Shown one piece after another: positions 25,854-35,533 of a stretch of 64,000 nt of DNA (within the stretch, counting starts at the first letter, position 1; every line of letters starts with the position of its first letter). Source of the stretch: Alphaproteobacteria bacterium (GTDB lineage: Bacteria > Pseudomonadota > Alphaproteobacteria > Rs-D84); NCBI GenBank assembly GCA_017409215.1, contig JAFQTD010000015.1:261-64260 (forward strand), written 5' to 3'. The translations under genes and the position numbers were made by a program. Below the pieces are notes generated by a model. That model was given only the letters and a program-made list of their open reading frames with translations. It was not told the origin of the DNA and did no database searches.

Positions 25854-26768
25854 TTAGTTATCCGTATTTACAATTTTAGGCGCAGATGTAATACTTGGCA
25901 ATTTTAACGATTGCAAATCCTTGGTCTTGAAAGATGTTGCGACAGATTCTGAATATAATGGTATCGCATTCATAATAGAATGCCGCATACCATTAAACGT
26001 ACAACTGTGCAACAAGACCGATACTAATTGCTGCTTGATGTCTGGCGTTAATTTGTCAGCATCGCGAAAATCAATATTAAACACAATATAATCTAAAAAA
26101 GGTCGCCACGGTTCAATCAAATCATCTGCCAAACAAAAATTATCCAGTTTATTGCAATGATGTATCCCATAAAATGGCAACATGCCTGCACCAACAATAC
26201 TGCGGGCGACACATCCGCGCAAAATCGCATAACCATAATCCAGCGCATGATTCCGAATATCATTGTCATTATTGCGATTGAATTTTCCCCATAATACCGA
26301 CCAATAAATACGTGCAGCAACCCCTTCTAGGTTTTGGGTATCACCTGATTTAACATTGTCTGCCAGAATGTCTAACTTTTTATAGGCAGCATTGCCACAC
26401 AGTCGTAATACCGCAGATTGATTGCGAATTTTTTGCACAACGATATTTTGCCACATACGTTTGCGCAGTGGTTGCGATGATTCTATCTGAGCAAAGGCAG
26501 TTTCTGTGTATCGTGAATTTTTATGGAACGGAAAGAACGCACCATTCGGCATATGCGATGCATCGCAGACAAATACAACCGCACCATTTTCGGCCAACGA
26601 TGATAATAATGCAGAAGTTATCTGAATTTGCGAATTTTCCAAAATAACGACAGAAATATCTTCTAGTGGAACGTTCTGAGTTTCACCAGATTCACCCGTC
26701 CAGTTTAATTGTTTGTTCCTGACACAAATCCGCGATGGTTTTGTCAAGGTTAGAATACGCCAAGACAT
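25854..26768 (-). CDS. cas1: CRISPR-associated endonuclease Cas1 (type II)
   Basis: 304 aa. ..NALDYGYAILRGCVARSIVGAGMLPFYGIHH.. is typical of Cas1. Confidence 0.9.
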   Translation of the reverse strand: MSWRILTLTKPSRICVRNKQLNWTGESGETQNVPLEDISVVILENSQIQITSALLSSLAENGAVVFVCDASHMPNGAFFPFHKNSRYTETAFAQIESSQPLRKRMWQNIVVQKIRNQSAVLRLCGNAAYKKLDILADNVKSGDTQNLEGVAARIYWSVLWGKFNRNNDNDIRNHALDYGYAILRGCVARSIVGAGMLPFYGIHHCNKLDNFCLADDLIEPWRPFLDYIVFNIDFRDADKLTPDIKQQLVSVLLHSCTFNGMRHSIMNAIPLYSESVATSFKTKDLQSLKLPSITSAPKIVNTDN

Positions 26769-26819
26769 TATTTATGCCCCCGTGTTTGTATCCTTTCCCG
26801 TAACCAAACATATAGTGCA

Positions 26820-29744
26820 TTATTTTTTATTTACAACTGGTGTGCGCACTTCGGGCAATTTTACCGTCTTGATGTTTCCAAGGACAGTGATCACATATTT
26901 TTGTATATCCGCACACGAACCAACCGATTTTGTTATTACTGGTCTATTTTTATTATCCTGATGATACAACACAAAATTTCGACCATGATCCATTTGGGTT
27001 ATATAACCTTCAAATTCTTCGCCTGCATGTGTTTTAATTTTTATATAATCGTCTTTGTGCAGAGTGCAGACAAATTCTGCATTAGGAACCATGAATTTTG
27101 TATCGTCCCTGGACACGACATCTGATACAAAAATCGGTACACAGGTGTATTTGCCTGTATTCATCCGCCAAATATCAAAACGAAACATATCGCCACGAAC
27201 AGCGTTGCCAAAACGTATTTTCATACTGCCTTTGGCCCCCATTTTATTTTTTCCTTTCTTGGTACGATATGATTTGGGATTTATATAAATCGTTTCATTA
27301 TGCGCCGATCCTGTAGCGTTGCAACGCGGGGGACGAGAAACTGTAATCTTATCTAATGCGGTCAGAACATCATTGCGAAAGGTTGGCCATGGCGACTGTA
27401 TAGCTTTTTTAAGCGATACGTACCACGCTTCGCCGTTTTCGCCAATTAATCTGGTCTTGTTTTCAAACTTACCAGACAGAGTTGACAGATAACGAACCAT
27501 ATCTTGGGTTGCGCATGCAATTACAATCGCATCTTGGGCATGATGTTTGTCAGATTCTTCACGGTTTTTACTTAACCCCCACTGATGACGCAGATAGTCC
27601 GTCAGTGCCCCCGTCCGGACTAATACACGCATTTTGTTATTATTTGTTGTTGGCCATTTTATGCCTTGGGTCAAGTACTGGGCTGCAAAACGGGCAATCG
27701 TTGCATTGTCGTTCGCATTGCGGGCGATAAAGTCATTTTGTTCGCCACTGCTGGATGGTAAATCCGTGTTCGTTAATTTTCTGAACTTGGCCATATTATG
27801 ATAACCCCGTGCACGCATGGTCATTTCATAAAACTTTGTCTGGTCCAGATATTCATACGGTGTTTTACTGCCCTTGGACTGATTACATGTGCGACAGACC
27901 AAGACCTTGTTAGATTGCAAATTGTCAAATGAACGTGAATACGGCAAGATGTGGTCAATTTCGTACGCATCCCAATTGTTCGCATCAATAGATGCGCCAC
28001 AGTATGGACATTGACAATGTTGTTCCATATACAGTTTGTATTTTTTGGCGTTTTTGCCATGTTCTTGATGTGCGGCCTCGTTTGCGGCACGATTCCGTTC
28101 GTTTTCTTTTTGTAACTGCGCCAATTCTTTGGGAGACTTTTTTAATTCACGCCCTATCTCTAAATGAATTTTGTCGGGCGCGCCATAACGATACACCATC
28201 GCATTATAAACACGACGCAATTGCGACAATGTACGACGTGCCACAGGTGATGTTAAGCGTTTACCAAGAACTGACCAATCTATCTGGCGCAACATGCCGT
28301 CTGCAACATCATCAGACATATCAATAAAACTATCACCTGTGCTGCGATGATCCCATTTATTTACTTCGCATGCCTGGGCATACGTTTTGCCGACACGCAT
28401 TTCTGGGATTAATTTATGCAACGCGGACAATGATAAGTTCAAAAATTCAGACGTACTTAGTTGTGAAATCGCATCTGCATGTTCAGGTAAATATGCTGAC
28501 ACCGCTTGTTTGATATAATCCGGTGTTTTTTCAGTTGCTAATATTTCATATATTTTATCCATCAAATCGATATCGTCAGTAAAAGGCAACAAGGTATGAT
28601 AACCGCTGAATGGCTTGCCAAACGAAACTTTTTCAACATCAGAAATTTTGGGTTCAATCCAATTTTTTTGTTCTTTGTCGTATTTACGTGAATAATTCAG
28701 TGCCTTGAACCGATAATCATCATCAAATTTTAATAATTTACGGACATCCGAATATTTTAAACCGGTTTTCTTTTTATACAATGCGTCCAACACTAATTCT
28801 ATTTGTTCAGGGTTCAGACCATTTTGACTGCATGTTGACAGCGCCACAAACAACTGGGCCGATGGCGCCCCCTTGGGCGCAACAGGTTCACCGGTAAATT
28901 TGCATACCCCACGCATAGACGCCACAGAACGATATAATGGCGAGCCTGATTCATTGAACTTGCGCTGACGCGAGGCAATCGGATACCACACATCAAATAC
29001 CGCAGTAAAATCATTGCCAAATGTTTTCTGTGCCGCTAATATCATTCGCGCTTCACGGAAAATTTCAGAACGCGGGATGGAATTTGTGTAGGAGGACTCT
29101 TCACTTGTTTTTACTTCGCCCTTTGCGCTGATTTTTGTGATGATCTTTTTTTGGTTGCGCATTTGTTTCGGGGCTTTGGCGTACAAAACCTGACATAGCG
29201 TTTTGCTATCATCCGATTGAGCCAACAATGCAAGATTATCCGCAATACAACCAATCGCCTTAAATTCTTCTTTGGCATCTGGAGCGACTGTGTCTGCCGT
29301 CTTGGCCACACCAACAGGATATGTAATATCGTCATAACCGCGGTGTTTTGCCAAGTGGTATAAAATACGCCCTGTTTCACGTGGTGTTAATTTCCGCTGA
29401 AACGCATCAACCGCGCGCAACTGCCAGATATTGACATCTGAATCACGGTTCAAATAAAAGTTATTATGACCATTTTGTTTTGGTTCGGGGATATCTATCA
29501 TATTTGCCGATCGCAACAACGCACGAATTTCACGCATACGCAATGCACGATGACGCAAACGACGACGCATACAACGAGCAACACGTCTATCTGCGGCATT
29601 TGTCGCAGCCGTAAAGCAACGTACACCACACCCCAAGATTTTACTGCCTAAAAAACCTTGATTTTCGTCTATCGTATCAGATATTTCTGTTGCAGCCCAC
29701 CCAATACTGGCGATTCCCAAATCAAAACCAAATATTTTAGCCAT
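26820..29744 (-). CDS. cas9: Cas9, compact type II-C-like (974 aa)
   Basis: RuvC-I FGFDLGIASIGWA, Arg-rich bridge helix RRVARCMRRRLRHRALRMREIR, HNH YEIDHILPYSRSFDNLQSNKVLVCRTCNQSKG, RuvC-III HHAQDAIVIA. Confidence 0.95.
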   Translation of the reverse strand: MAKIFGFDLGIASIGWAATEISDTIDENQGFLGSKILGCGVRCFTAATNAADRRVARCMRRRLRHRALRMREIRALLRSANMIDIPEPKQNGHNNFYLNRDSDVNIWQLRAVDAFQRKLTPRETGRILYHLAKHRGYDDITYPVGVAKTADTVAPDAKEEFKAIGCIADNLALLAQSDDSKTLCQVLYAKAPKQMRNQKKIITKISAKGEVKTSEESSYTNSIPRSEIFREARMILAAQKTFGNDFTAVFDVWYPIASRQRKFNESGSPLYRSVASMRGVCKFTGEPVAPKGAPSAQLFVALSTCSQNGLNPEQIELVLDALYKKKTGLKYSDVRKLLKFDDDYRFKALNYSRKYDKEQKNWIEPKISDVEKVSFGKPFSGYHTLLPFTDDIDLMDKIYEILATEKTPDYIKQAVSAYLPEHADAISQLSTSEFLNLSLSALHKLIPEMRVGKTYAQACEVNKWDHRSTGDSFIDMSDDVADGMLRQIDWSVLGKRLTSPVARRTLSQLRRVYNAMVYRYGAPDKIHLEIGRELKKSPKELAQLQKENERNRAANEAAHQEHGKNAKKYKLYMEQHCQCPYCGASIDANNWDAYEIDHILPYSRSFDNLQSNKVLVCRTCNQSKGSKTPYEYLDQTKFYEMTMRARGYHNMAKFRKLTNTDLPSSSGEQNDFIARNANDNATIARFAAQYLTQGIKWPTTNNNKMRVLVRTGALTDYLRHQWGLSKNREESDKHHAQDAIVIACATQDMVRYLSTLSGKFENKTRLIGENGEAWYVSLKKAIQSPWPTFRNDVLTALDKITVSRPPRCNATGSAHNETIYINPKSYRTKKGKNKMGAKGSMKIRFGNAVRGDMFRFDIWRMNTGKYTCVPIFVSDVVSRDDTKFMVPNAEFVCTLHKDDYIKIKTHAGEEFEGYITQMDHGRNFVLYHQDNKNRPVITKSVGSCADIQKYVITVLGNIKTVKLPEVRTPVVNKK

Positions 29745-29814
29745 TTATATCCCCCTGGATTATGTTATACATTATATAGTGCGAATATGAATAAATGCAA
29801 ATTTTATCTAAGAC

Positions 29815-29842
29815 TTGATTTTTTTGATTAGTGGGTTATAAT
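29815..29842 (+). promoter_or_regulatory. sigma70-like promoter of tracrRNA
   Basis: TTGATT (29815-29820), 16 nt, TATAAT (29837-29842). Confidence 0.55.
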
Positions 29843-29848
29843 ACAGGC

Positions 29849-29960
29849 ATAGAAATCTTTATTCAACGGACGATTTGAGAAGCAACCGTTTATATAATAA
29901 AGAATGTTTTCTGTGGAGTAACAATTTAAGTATCTCCGGGGGCTTTGGCCCCGTTTTTTT
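29849..29960 (+). ncRNA. tracrRNA
   Basis: The 19-nt GACGATTTGAGAAGCAACC (29869-29887) is the exact reverse complement of repeat positions 7-25, with weaker pairing on both sides. Ends in hairpin CCGGGGGCTTTGGCCCCG+T7. The 5' end is inferred from the promoter. Confidence 0.8.
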
Positions 29961-29964
29961 ATTT

Positions 29965-30219
29965 TCACTGATAAAAATCCAAATTATCCCCGGCAATCGC
30001 AGATTGCGAACGCTTATACATTTTCAAGTAAGGCGTGATATCGATAAAGTATTCGTCAATGGAATAGACATGGATGTCTTCGGGCGAGATATAGCGCAGA
30101 TAAATCCCGTAAATCTGGGCGGACACCGCCATATACTTTTTCATGCGGGGCATGGCGGTGATGTATTCGACGTTTTTGGGGATTTCAAAGACCCGGCATA
30201 TGCTGTGAAAAATAAGCAT
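29965..30219 (-). pseudogene. internal fragment of a Y-family DNA polymerase (UmuC/ImpB-like)
   Basis: ..CRVFEIPKNVEYITAMPRMKKYMAVSAQIYGIYLRYISPEDIHVYSIDEYFIDITPYL.. Only ~84 aa of a normally >400-aa protein are present. Confidence 0.6.
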
Positions 30220-30288
30220 ACATAAACTTTGACAACATAAATATTGTAATCTATACTGATTCTATAACCCCAGCCATAAGGATTTGAA

Positions 30289-31134
30289 ATGCCCGAAAAA
30301 AACACCTTGTATGATAATTTGCGCAATCCAGTTTCAACAATTGAACGCGGACAACAAATCCCCAGCGGATTGAACAAGCTGTCTGTGCATGTATGGATTG
30401 TAAATGATGCCGGCGAATACCTGTTGCAACAACGCATGGGTACGGCCAAGAAATTTCCAAATATGTGGGGCCAGACTGGTGGCGGGGCAATCGCAGGCGA
30501 ATCCAGTTGGGATGCGTGTGTTCGCGAAACAGAGGAAGAATTAGGTATTAAACCAACACCTGAAAAATCTGTATTGGTTGGTACGATTAAGCGACCGATG
30601 GATTTCGTTGATGTGTGGCTGGTGCACAGTAATGCTAAAATTTCTGATTTAAAACCACAGGCAAGCGAGGTGCAATCCGTCAAGTGGGCAACACTGGCGG
30701 ATATTCAACACATGCAGTACGACAATGAATTTATTCCGTCTGTTGTTCCAGGGTTTAATATGGTTTTGAATTATCAGAAAATGGTAAATCCCACGCCAGT
30801 CAATGCACGTGATTTCTTGGGTAAAATCGTCAATGTACAAATGGACAGACCCCTGGGCAGCAAACACCCAAAACACGGCTTTACATACGAAGTGAATTAT
30901 GGATTTATACCAAACACCATATCGGGTGATGGCGAAGAATTAGATGCGTATGTATTGGGTGTTGATACACCATTGGCAACCTTTACCGGCAAATGCGTTG
31001 CGATTATTCATCGCACAAATGACAACGACGATAAACTGATTGTTGTGCCAGACGGACAAAATCCAACAAACGAATACATAGAACAAAAAACCGCTTTCCA
31101 AGAACAGTGGTTCAAGCATACGATTATAAGATAA
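30289..31134 (+). CDS. Nudix hydrolase fused to an inorganic-pyrophosphatase-like domain
   Basis: Nudix box GGAIAGESSWDACVRETEEELGI. C-terminal DRPLGSKHPKHGFTYEVNYGFIPNTISGDGEELDAYVLG is PPase-like. Confidence 0.7.
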   Translation: MPEKNTLYDNLRNPVSTIERGQQIPSGLNKLSVHVWIVNDAGEYLLQQRMGTAKKFPNMWGQTGGGAIAGESSWDACVRETEEELGIKPTPEKSVLVGTIKRPMDFVDVWLVHSNAKISDLKPQASEVQSVKWATLADIQHMQYDNEFIPSVVPGFNMVLNYQKMVNPTPVNARDFLGKIVNVQMDRPLGSKHPKHGFTYEVNYGFIPNTISGDGEELDAYVLGVDTPLATFTGKCVAIIHRTNDNDDKLIVVPDGQNPTNEYIEQKTAFQEQWFKHTIIR

Positions 31135-31178
31135 GCCAAAAAGATGTAGGACGATAAAATATAGGAAAGAACCCCATC

Positions 31179-31520
31179 ATGATAAACCGTTGGACTTTTG
31201 ATAATGACGAATTGTTTGAACTGGTGCGTATAGGTCAAAAACGTGGAACCTGTAGCCGGAATTCTGACGAAGAACCAATGGCAAAAATTGGCGATATTCA
31301 GGAAATCTATAATAGTCGTGGCGAAACAATACGAATTCAAATTACAGCCGTTCGAAAGTGTCGGTTTTGTGACATTGATGATGCATGGGCAAAAATAGAG
31401 GGCGAAGGCGACCTGTCCCTGGCATACTGGCGTACGGTCCATATTGAATTTTTTAACAAATACTTTCCCGATTTTCAGGAAACTGATTGGCTGGAATTAA
31501 ACGAGTTTGTGGTTATATAA
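31179..31520 (+). CDS. ASCH domain protein
   Basis: ..AWAKIEGEGDLSLAYWRTVHIEFF.. matches the EGEGD-x-SL-x-x-WR-x-x-H ASCH signature. Confidence 0.75.
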   Translation: MINRWTFDNDELFELVRIGQKRGTCSRNSDEEPMAKIGDIQEIYNSRGETIRIQITAVRKCRFCDIDDAWAKIEGEGDLSLAYWRTVHIEFFNKYFPDFQETDWLELNEFVVI

Positions 31521-32295
31521 CCTCTAACTCTATCCCCACAATGCCGTATTTGGATTCCATTTCGGCATCGTAAAATTTTGAAACAGCGGACATTAGTGCG
31601 TTTAGTGATGCGAAACCGGTTCGGGGCATACTGATTTTTGTCGCCAGGTCTGCAAAACTGCGCGCGATATGCAGGCGCACGATTTTGGCACGAATATAAT
31701 CATTGCGATTTTGCGCGTTGTAAATCAAAACAGTGTCGCCATTGCGCATTTTGCGACGTTTTTCATCATACAGGCGCAGTTCAATATCTTTTTCGCCAGA
31801 ACGCACCATTTCATAATATTCAGGGCGCAAACTCATTGAAAACCGACAATTTAGGTTCGGTAATATGTGGTTTGAATAAAATTCACGCATATCGTCAAAT
31901 GGTGTGATTTGTGGGTTTAATAAGTCGTCGGGGGCAATCCATGCGACCGAAATTTCTTCGGGGCGATTTTCGCAGAAATTCAATTCCATATCATCTGGGA
32001 CAGGCACGATATAAAAGTGATGTTCTTCGCCCCATGCGCCACGTTTTTGCGCACGTTCGGGGGTTGGGTGACGAAATGCATATGGCACAGGGATTTCAAC
32101 CGCACTGTCTGCCAGCGCAGATGCAGATTCGCCCAGTTCTTCGGTCAGTTCACGCCGCAGCGCAGTCAAGAAATCTTCGCCATCATCCAGTCGCCCACCA
32201 ATTGGTCCGTATCCGTTTTCGCCGTATTTTAATAGCGCAATCTGTCCATCACGCACCGGCAAAATATATGCAGAATAACTGATATCTTTTATCAT
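31513..32295 (-). CDS. Nudix hydrolase-ASCH fusion protein
   Basis: Nudix box GGRLDDGEDFLTALRRELTEELGE. C-terminal LRPEYYEMVRSGEKDIELRLYDEKRRKMRNGDTVLIYN is ASCH-like. Confidence 0.7.
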   Translation of the reverse strand: MIKDISYSAYILPVRDGQIALLKYGENGYGPIGGRLDDGEDFLTALRRELTEELGESASALADSAVEIPVPYAFRHPTPERAQKRGAWGEEHHFYIVPVPDDMELNFCENRPEEISVAWIAPDDLLNPQITPFDDMREFYSNHILPNLNCRFSMSLRPEYYEMVRSGEKDIELRLYDEKRRKMRNGDTVLIYNAQNRNDYIRAKIVRLHIARSFADLATKISMPRTGFASLNALMSAVSKFYDAEMESKYGIVGIELEVI

Positions 32296-32765
32296 TTTGT
32301 ATCCTTTTGTTCACTGCGATATGATTTGCATTCAGAATATATTTCGCCACGCGCCAATCCCGCCAATGATATACGTGTGGTTGAAACTACGTTCTTCAAT
32401 TTGGCGACTTCGTCCAATGTGAAATATTGCATATCGGCACACTTGTCCCCTTCGCAGTTGCGAATTGTGCCGGTGTATTTTGATACTTCGAAAAAGAAAT
32501 CAAAAGATTCTGTGCGACTGGCCAGATTGCTGGTGACGTGTACACATTTAATGTCGTCGGGCGCAATATCGATATCCAGTTCTTCTTTGGCTTCACGTAT
32601 TGCGGCGGCCATGGCGGTTTCGCCTTGTTCAATGTGTCCCGCTGGCAAAACCCACCAACCACCGTCATAGTTAAAAAATCCATCATTGCGAAAGAACAGT
32701 AAGACTTTGTCGTCTTTTTTTATAATCAGGTTGATTACACCCTTGAACATTGCACGTTCTGACAT
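32292..32765 (-). CDS. Nudix hydrolase
   Basis: PAGHIEQGETAMAAAIREAKEELDI. Overlaps the downstream gene by 4 nt. Confidence 0.8.
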   Translation of the reverse strand: MSERAMFKGVINLIIKKDDKVLLFFRNDGFFNYDGGWWVLPAGHIEQGETAMAAAIREAKEELDIDIAPDDIKCVHVTSNLASRTESFDFFFEVSKYTGTIRNCEGDKCADMQYFTLDEVAKLKNVVSTTRISLAGLARGEIYSECKSYRSEQKDTK

Positions 32766-32815
32766 TTTGTATCCTTTTTTGTATCTTAGACTACGATTTA
32801 TAAAAACTCAATATT

Positions 32816-33817
32816 TCATATGCTTATTTTTATGATTGGGATTTCCAATTCATCTGGTGTTATACCTGCGTGGTGACTTTTAAGAACAATTGTGTCTGGC
32901 CGCTGTTTCAAGTCATATTTATCAGTTGCCAGCGCAACAAAGTCACCAATAAAACGCACAGGACATTCTGCATGCAGGTATTGTTTTTCAAATTCCGTTT
33001 TGGTCACTAATTTGAACCATTTGCCGAAGTGTTTATTGAACAGGCCTGGAAATTCTGCCAGACATTCTGGTTTTATAAACAGCGACACACAACGACTTTC
33101 CAGTGACAATGGGTGCAACAAACAGTCCAGCAATTCTGGAACATCGTCGATGAACAAAGATTCAATATCTGTATGCCCATGGTCGGCTGTTATCAAGACA
33201 TCCGTTTTATTGCGAATTTGTTTTAGCGCAAATTCTATCTGTTGTTCCATGTCGCGCAACAATTTTTTGACCGCTGGGGCGTCTGAGCCTAATTCATGTA
33301 GGCACGAATCTGGTTCTGTCCAGTATGCATAAATATACGCATCGATTTCTGTATTGCACAATTCCACAATACGTGCCAACCATGCATCAAATGTATCAAA
33401 ACCACCTGGGGCAAATGCGGGCATAACTTCGTACGCACGACGACCATTATCACACATGCGTTCGACCACTGTTTTACACGGTAGTGTATTTGTTGTTTGG
33501 GGCATTTTAGACACTTCGCCTGTATATAGGTTTGTATTTCTAAAAACCTCGATAACTTCGTCCGTTTCAGAATAATATTGCGCCCAGCCGATAAAGCCCG
33601 TTTCCCATGGCATTTTGCCGGTTTGATAGGCTGTTGTTGCCGCCACAGTTGTCGCAGGTATAATGGCAGATTCAACATCTGTCATATTGCGATTAAAATA
33701 TCCGTTTTTATCCAACAGCCTGCGCATCACAGCAACGCCCATACCGTCCAGCACCATTACCAGACGGTTTTTACCATGGGCATTTTGCATTTCTGTTAAA
33801 CGTTCCAATATTGCCAT
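32816..33817 (-). CDS. alkaline-phosphatase-superfamily phosphodiesterase/nucleotide pyrophosphatase-like protein
   Basis: LVMVLDGMG.., IPATTVAATTAYQTGKMPWETG (Thr nucleophile region), ITADHGH. Confidence 0.6.
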   Translation of the reverse strand: MAILERLTEMQNAHGKNRLVMVLDGMGVAVMRRLLDKNGYFNRNMTDVESAIIPATTVAATTAYQTGKMPWETGFIGWAQYYSETDEVIEVFRNTNLYTGEVSKMPQTTNTLPCKTVVERMCDNGRRAYEVMPAFAPGGFDTFDAWLARIVELCNTEIDAYIYAYWTEPDSCLHELGSDAPAVKKLLRDMEQQIEFALKQIRNKTDVLITADHGHTDIESLFIDDVPELLDCLLHPLSLESRCVSLFIKPECLAEFPGLFNKHFGKWFKLVTKTEFEKQYLHAECPVRFIGDFVALATDKYDLKQRPDTIVLKSHHAGITPDELEIPIIKISI

Positions 33818-33828
33818 TTTTTACCTCT

Positions 33829-35028
33829 TTATCTTTTTGTGACTTTGAAAAATGTTTTACGACCAACACGCACGCATAATGGTTTATCGGTTACGAATGT
33901 TTGATTTAGGTCGTTTGCCTTGTCATCGTTTATCGTGACTGCGTTTTGGACAACCAGTCTGCGCAGTTCGCTGTTTGATGCGTCCGGCATACCTAATTTC
34001 AAAATTTCTATTACAGACAATTCGTCTTGGGTGATTTTGATTTCAGGCGCATTGTCTGGGAAAGACCGGTCTGAAAAAGTCCTGCGCCAGTTTTCCTGTG
34101 CCGAAATCGCCGCGTCCGCACCGTGGAATATTTCTGTTATTTTCTGTGCGGCAAACAGTTTTGCCTGCATTGGATTGTTTTCTATGTCCAGTGCATCAAT
34201 TTCCGCCAATGGAATCCGAGTATTATTTACCAGCAAAATACGTATCATTTCATCGGGTTGCGCCATGATTTGCGCAAACATAGTATCGGCATCGACATTC
34301 AAGAAAACGCCTGTGCCACGCGATTTTGACATCAGTTCGCCCGTCACTGGATTTTCCATCAGGTTATTGCACACGATAAACTTTTCTTTGTTTTTCAGTT
34401 TGCGCAACAATGTCCGTCCCATCAGTGCATTAAACGTCTGGTCTGTGCCACACAATTCAACATCCGCGTCCAGCGCGACAGAATCAAAGCCCTGAAAAAT
34501 TGGGTACAGGAATTCGTGCAGGTGAATTGGCCGATTCTCACTAATCCGTTTCTGAAACATATCACGTTCCAGCATATGCTGAACGGTTGTGTTTGATGAC
34601 AATTCAATCAAATCACGCATAGTCAGTTTATTCAACCATTCGCCATTAAAGACAACTTTGGCTGGGTTGTCTGGGTCGTTAAAGTTGATAATTGGCGAAA
34701 TCTGACGCACCCAATCGGCAGAAAATTCATGCACTTGTTCCGGTGTTAATCTGGCGCGCGCGGAATTTCGGTCGCTGGGGTCGCCAATGCATGCGGTAAA
34801 GTCACCGAACAATACAAAGACTTCGTGTCCCAGTTTTCTGAATTCTTCCAATAACATAAAGTTCTTGGCATGCGACAGGTGCAACGATGTATTTGTCGGG
34901 TCTGCACCGATAAAAAAGCGCAGTTTTTCGGTTAATAATTTTTTCTTAAATTCCGCACGTGATGGCAAGATGTCAACGATTATGCCCCTATCCAGAATTT
35001 CATCAATAATTTGTTCTTTGGTTTTCAT
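33829..35028 (-). CDS. tyrS: tyrosine--tRNA ligase
   Basis: FIGADPTNTSLHLSHA (HIGH-like), LMSKSRGTG (KMSKS-like), C-terminal S4-like ..LRRLVVQNAVTINDDK. Confidence 0.85.
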   Translation of the reverse strand: MKTKEQIIDEILDRGIIVDILPSRAEFKKKLLTEKLRFFIGADPTNTSLHLSHAKNFMLLEEFRKLGHEVFVLFGDFTACIGDPSDRNSARARLTPEQVHEFSADWVRQISPIINFNDPDNPAKVVFNGEWLNKLTMRDLIELSSNTTVQHMLERDMFQKRISENRPIHLHEFLYPIFQGFDSVALDADVELCGTDQTFNALMGRTLLRKLKNKEKFIVCNNLMENPVTGELMSKSRGTGVFLNVDADTMFAQIMAQPDEMIRILLVNNTRIPLAEIDALDIENNPMQAKLFAAQKITEIFHGADAAISAQENWRRTFSDRSFPDNAPEIKITQDELSVIEILKLGMPDASNSELRRLVVQNAVTINDDKANDLNQTFVTDKPLCVRVGRKTFFKVTKR

Positions 35029-35059
35029 TACTTAATCCTTTGTTTTTTGTTTAATGAAT

Positions 35060-35128
35060 AAAAAAATTGGCTTTGACATATACCCCTTATGGTGCCAAAG
35101 CCAATCAAACCCATAACACCATAAGGGG
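35060..35128 (-). promoter_or_regulatory. structured leader/attenuator candidate upstream of tyrS
   Basis: In transcript order: A CCCCTTATGGTG, B ATTGGCTTTG, A' CACCATAAGGGG, B' CAAAGCCAAT, U7. The element ends 32 nt before the tyrS ATG. Confidence 0.45.
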
Positions 35129-35250
35129 TCAATAGGCGTAATAAAAACCACGTACGCAAAACTGCGCACCGTTTGAAATCTGATTAAAATGCAAACTACT
35201 TTTTGTCATTTCCGTTTATTATAAAGCAGGTTTTTGTTTTTTTCAAGTAG

Positions 35251-35526
35251 TTATAATCCACTTTTTCCGTATACAATCTTAAAATTCCAGCGTTTCTTTT
35301 TGCGAACACAAAAGTGCGGGCGGTCGGAATCAATGATAAAAACAATCTTGCCAATCCAAATTCTGAAATATCTTGCATGCACTTTCTTGAATTTCACCGG
35401 TTCATGGGTTCGCATTTCTGTGCCGTCAGTGTATTCATACTCTGTGCTGCGCCCAAATCCATATTTATTATTATCAAAGTCCAGTCCGTATTCAGTGAAT
35501 ATCTTTTTTACTTTTGGCATTTGCAA
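35251..35526 (-). CDS. hypothetical basic protein
   Basis: 91-aa ORF, 8 nt downstream of the kinase gene. No recognisable motif. Confidence 0.4.
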   Translation of the reverse strand: MQMPKVKKIFTEYGLDFDNNKYGFGRSTEYEYTDGTEMRTHEPVKFKKVHARYFRIWIGKIVFIIDSDRPHFCVRKKKRWNFKIVYGKSGL

Positions 35527-35533
35527 CTAACCT

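Noticed and set aside
35060-35128. T-box riboswitch upstream of tyrS.
   Set aside because: There is no T-box consensus (AGGGTGGNACCGCG-like), no specifier-loop architecture, and the leader is far too short. It is kept only as a generic attenuator/pseudoknot candidate.
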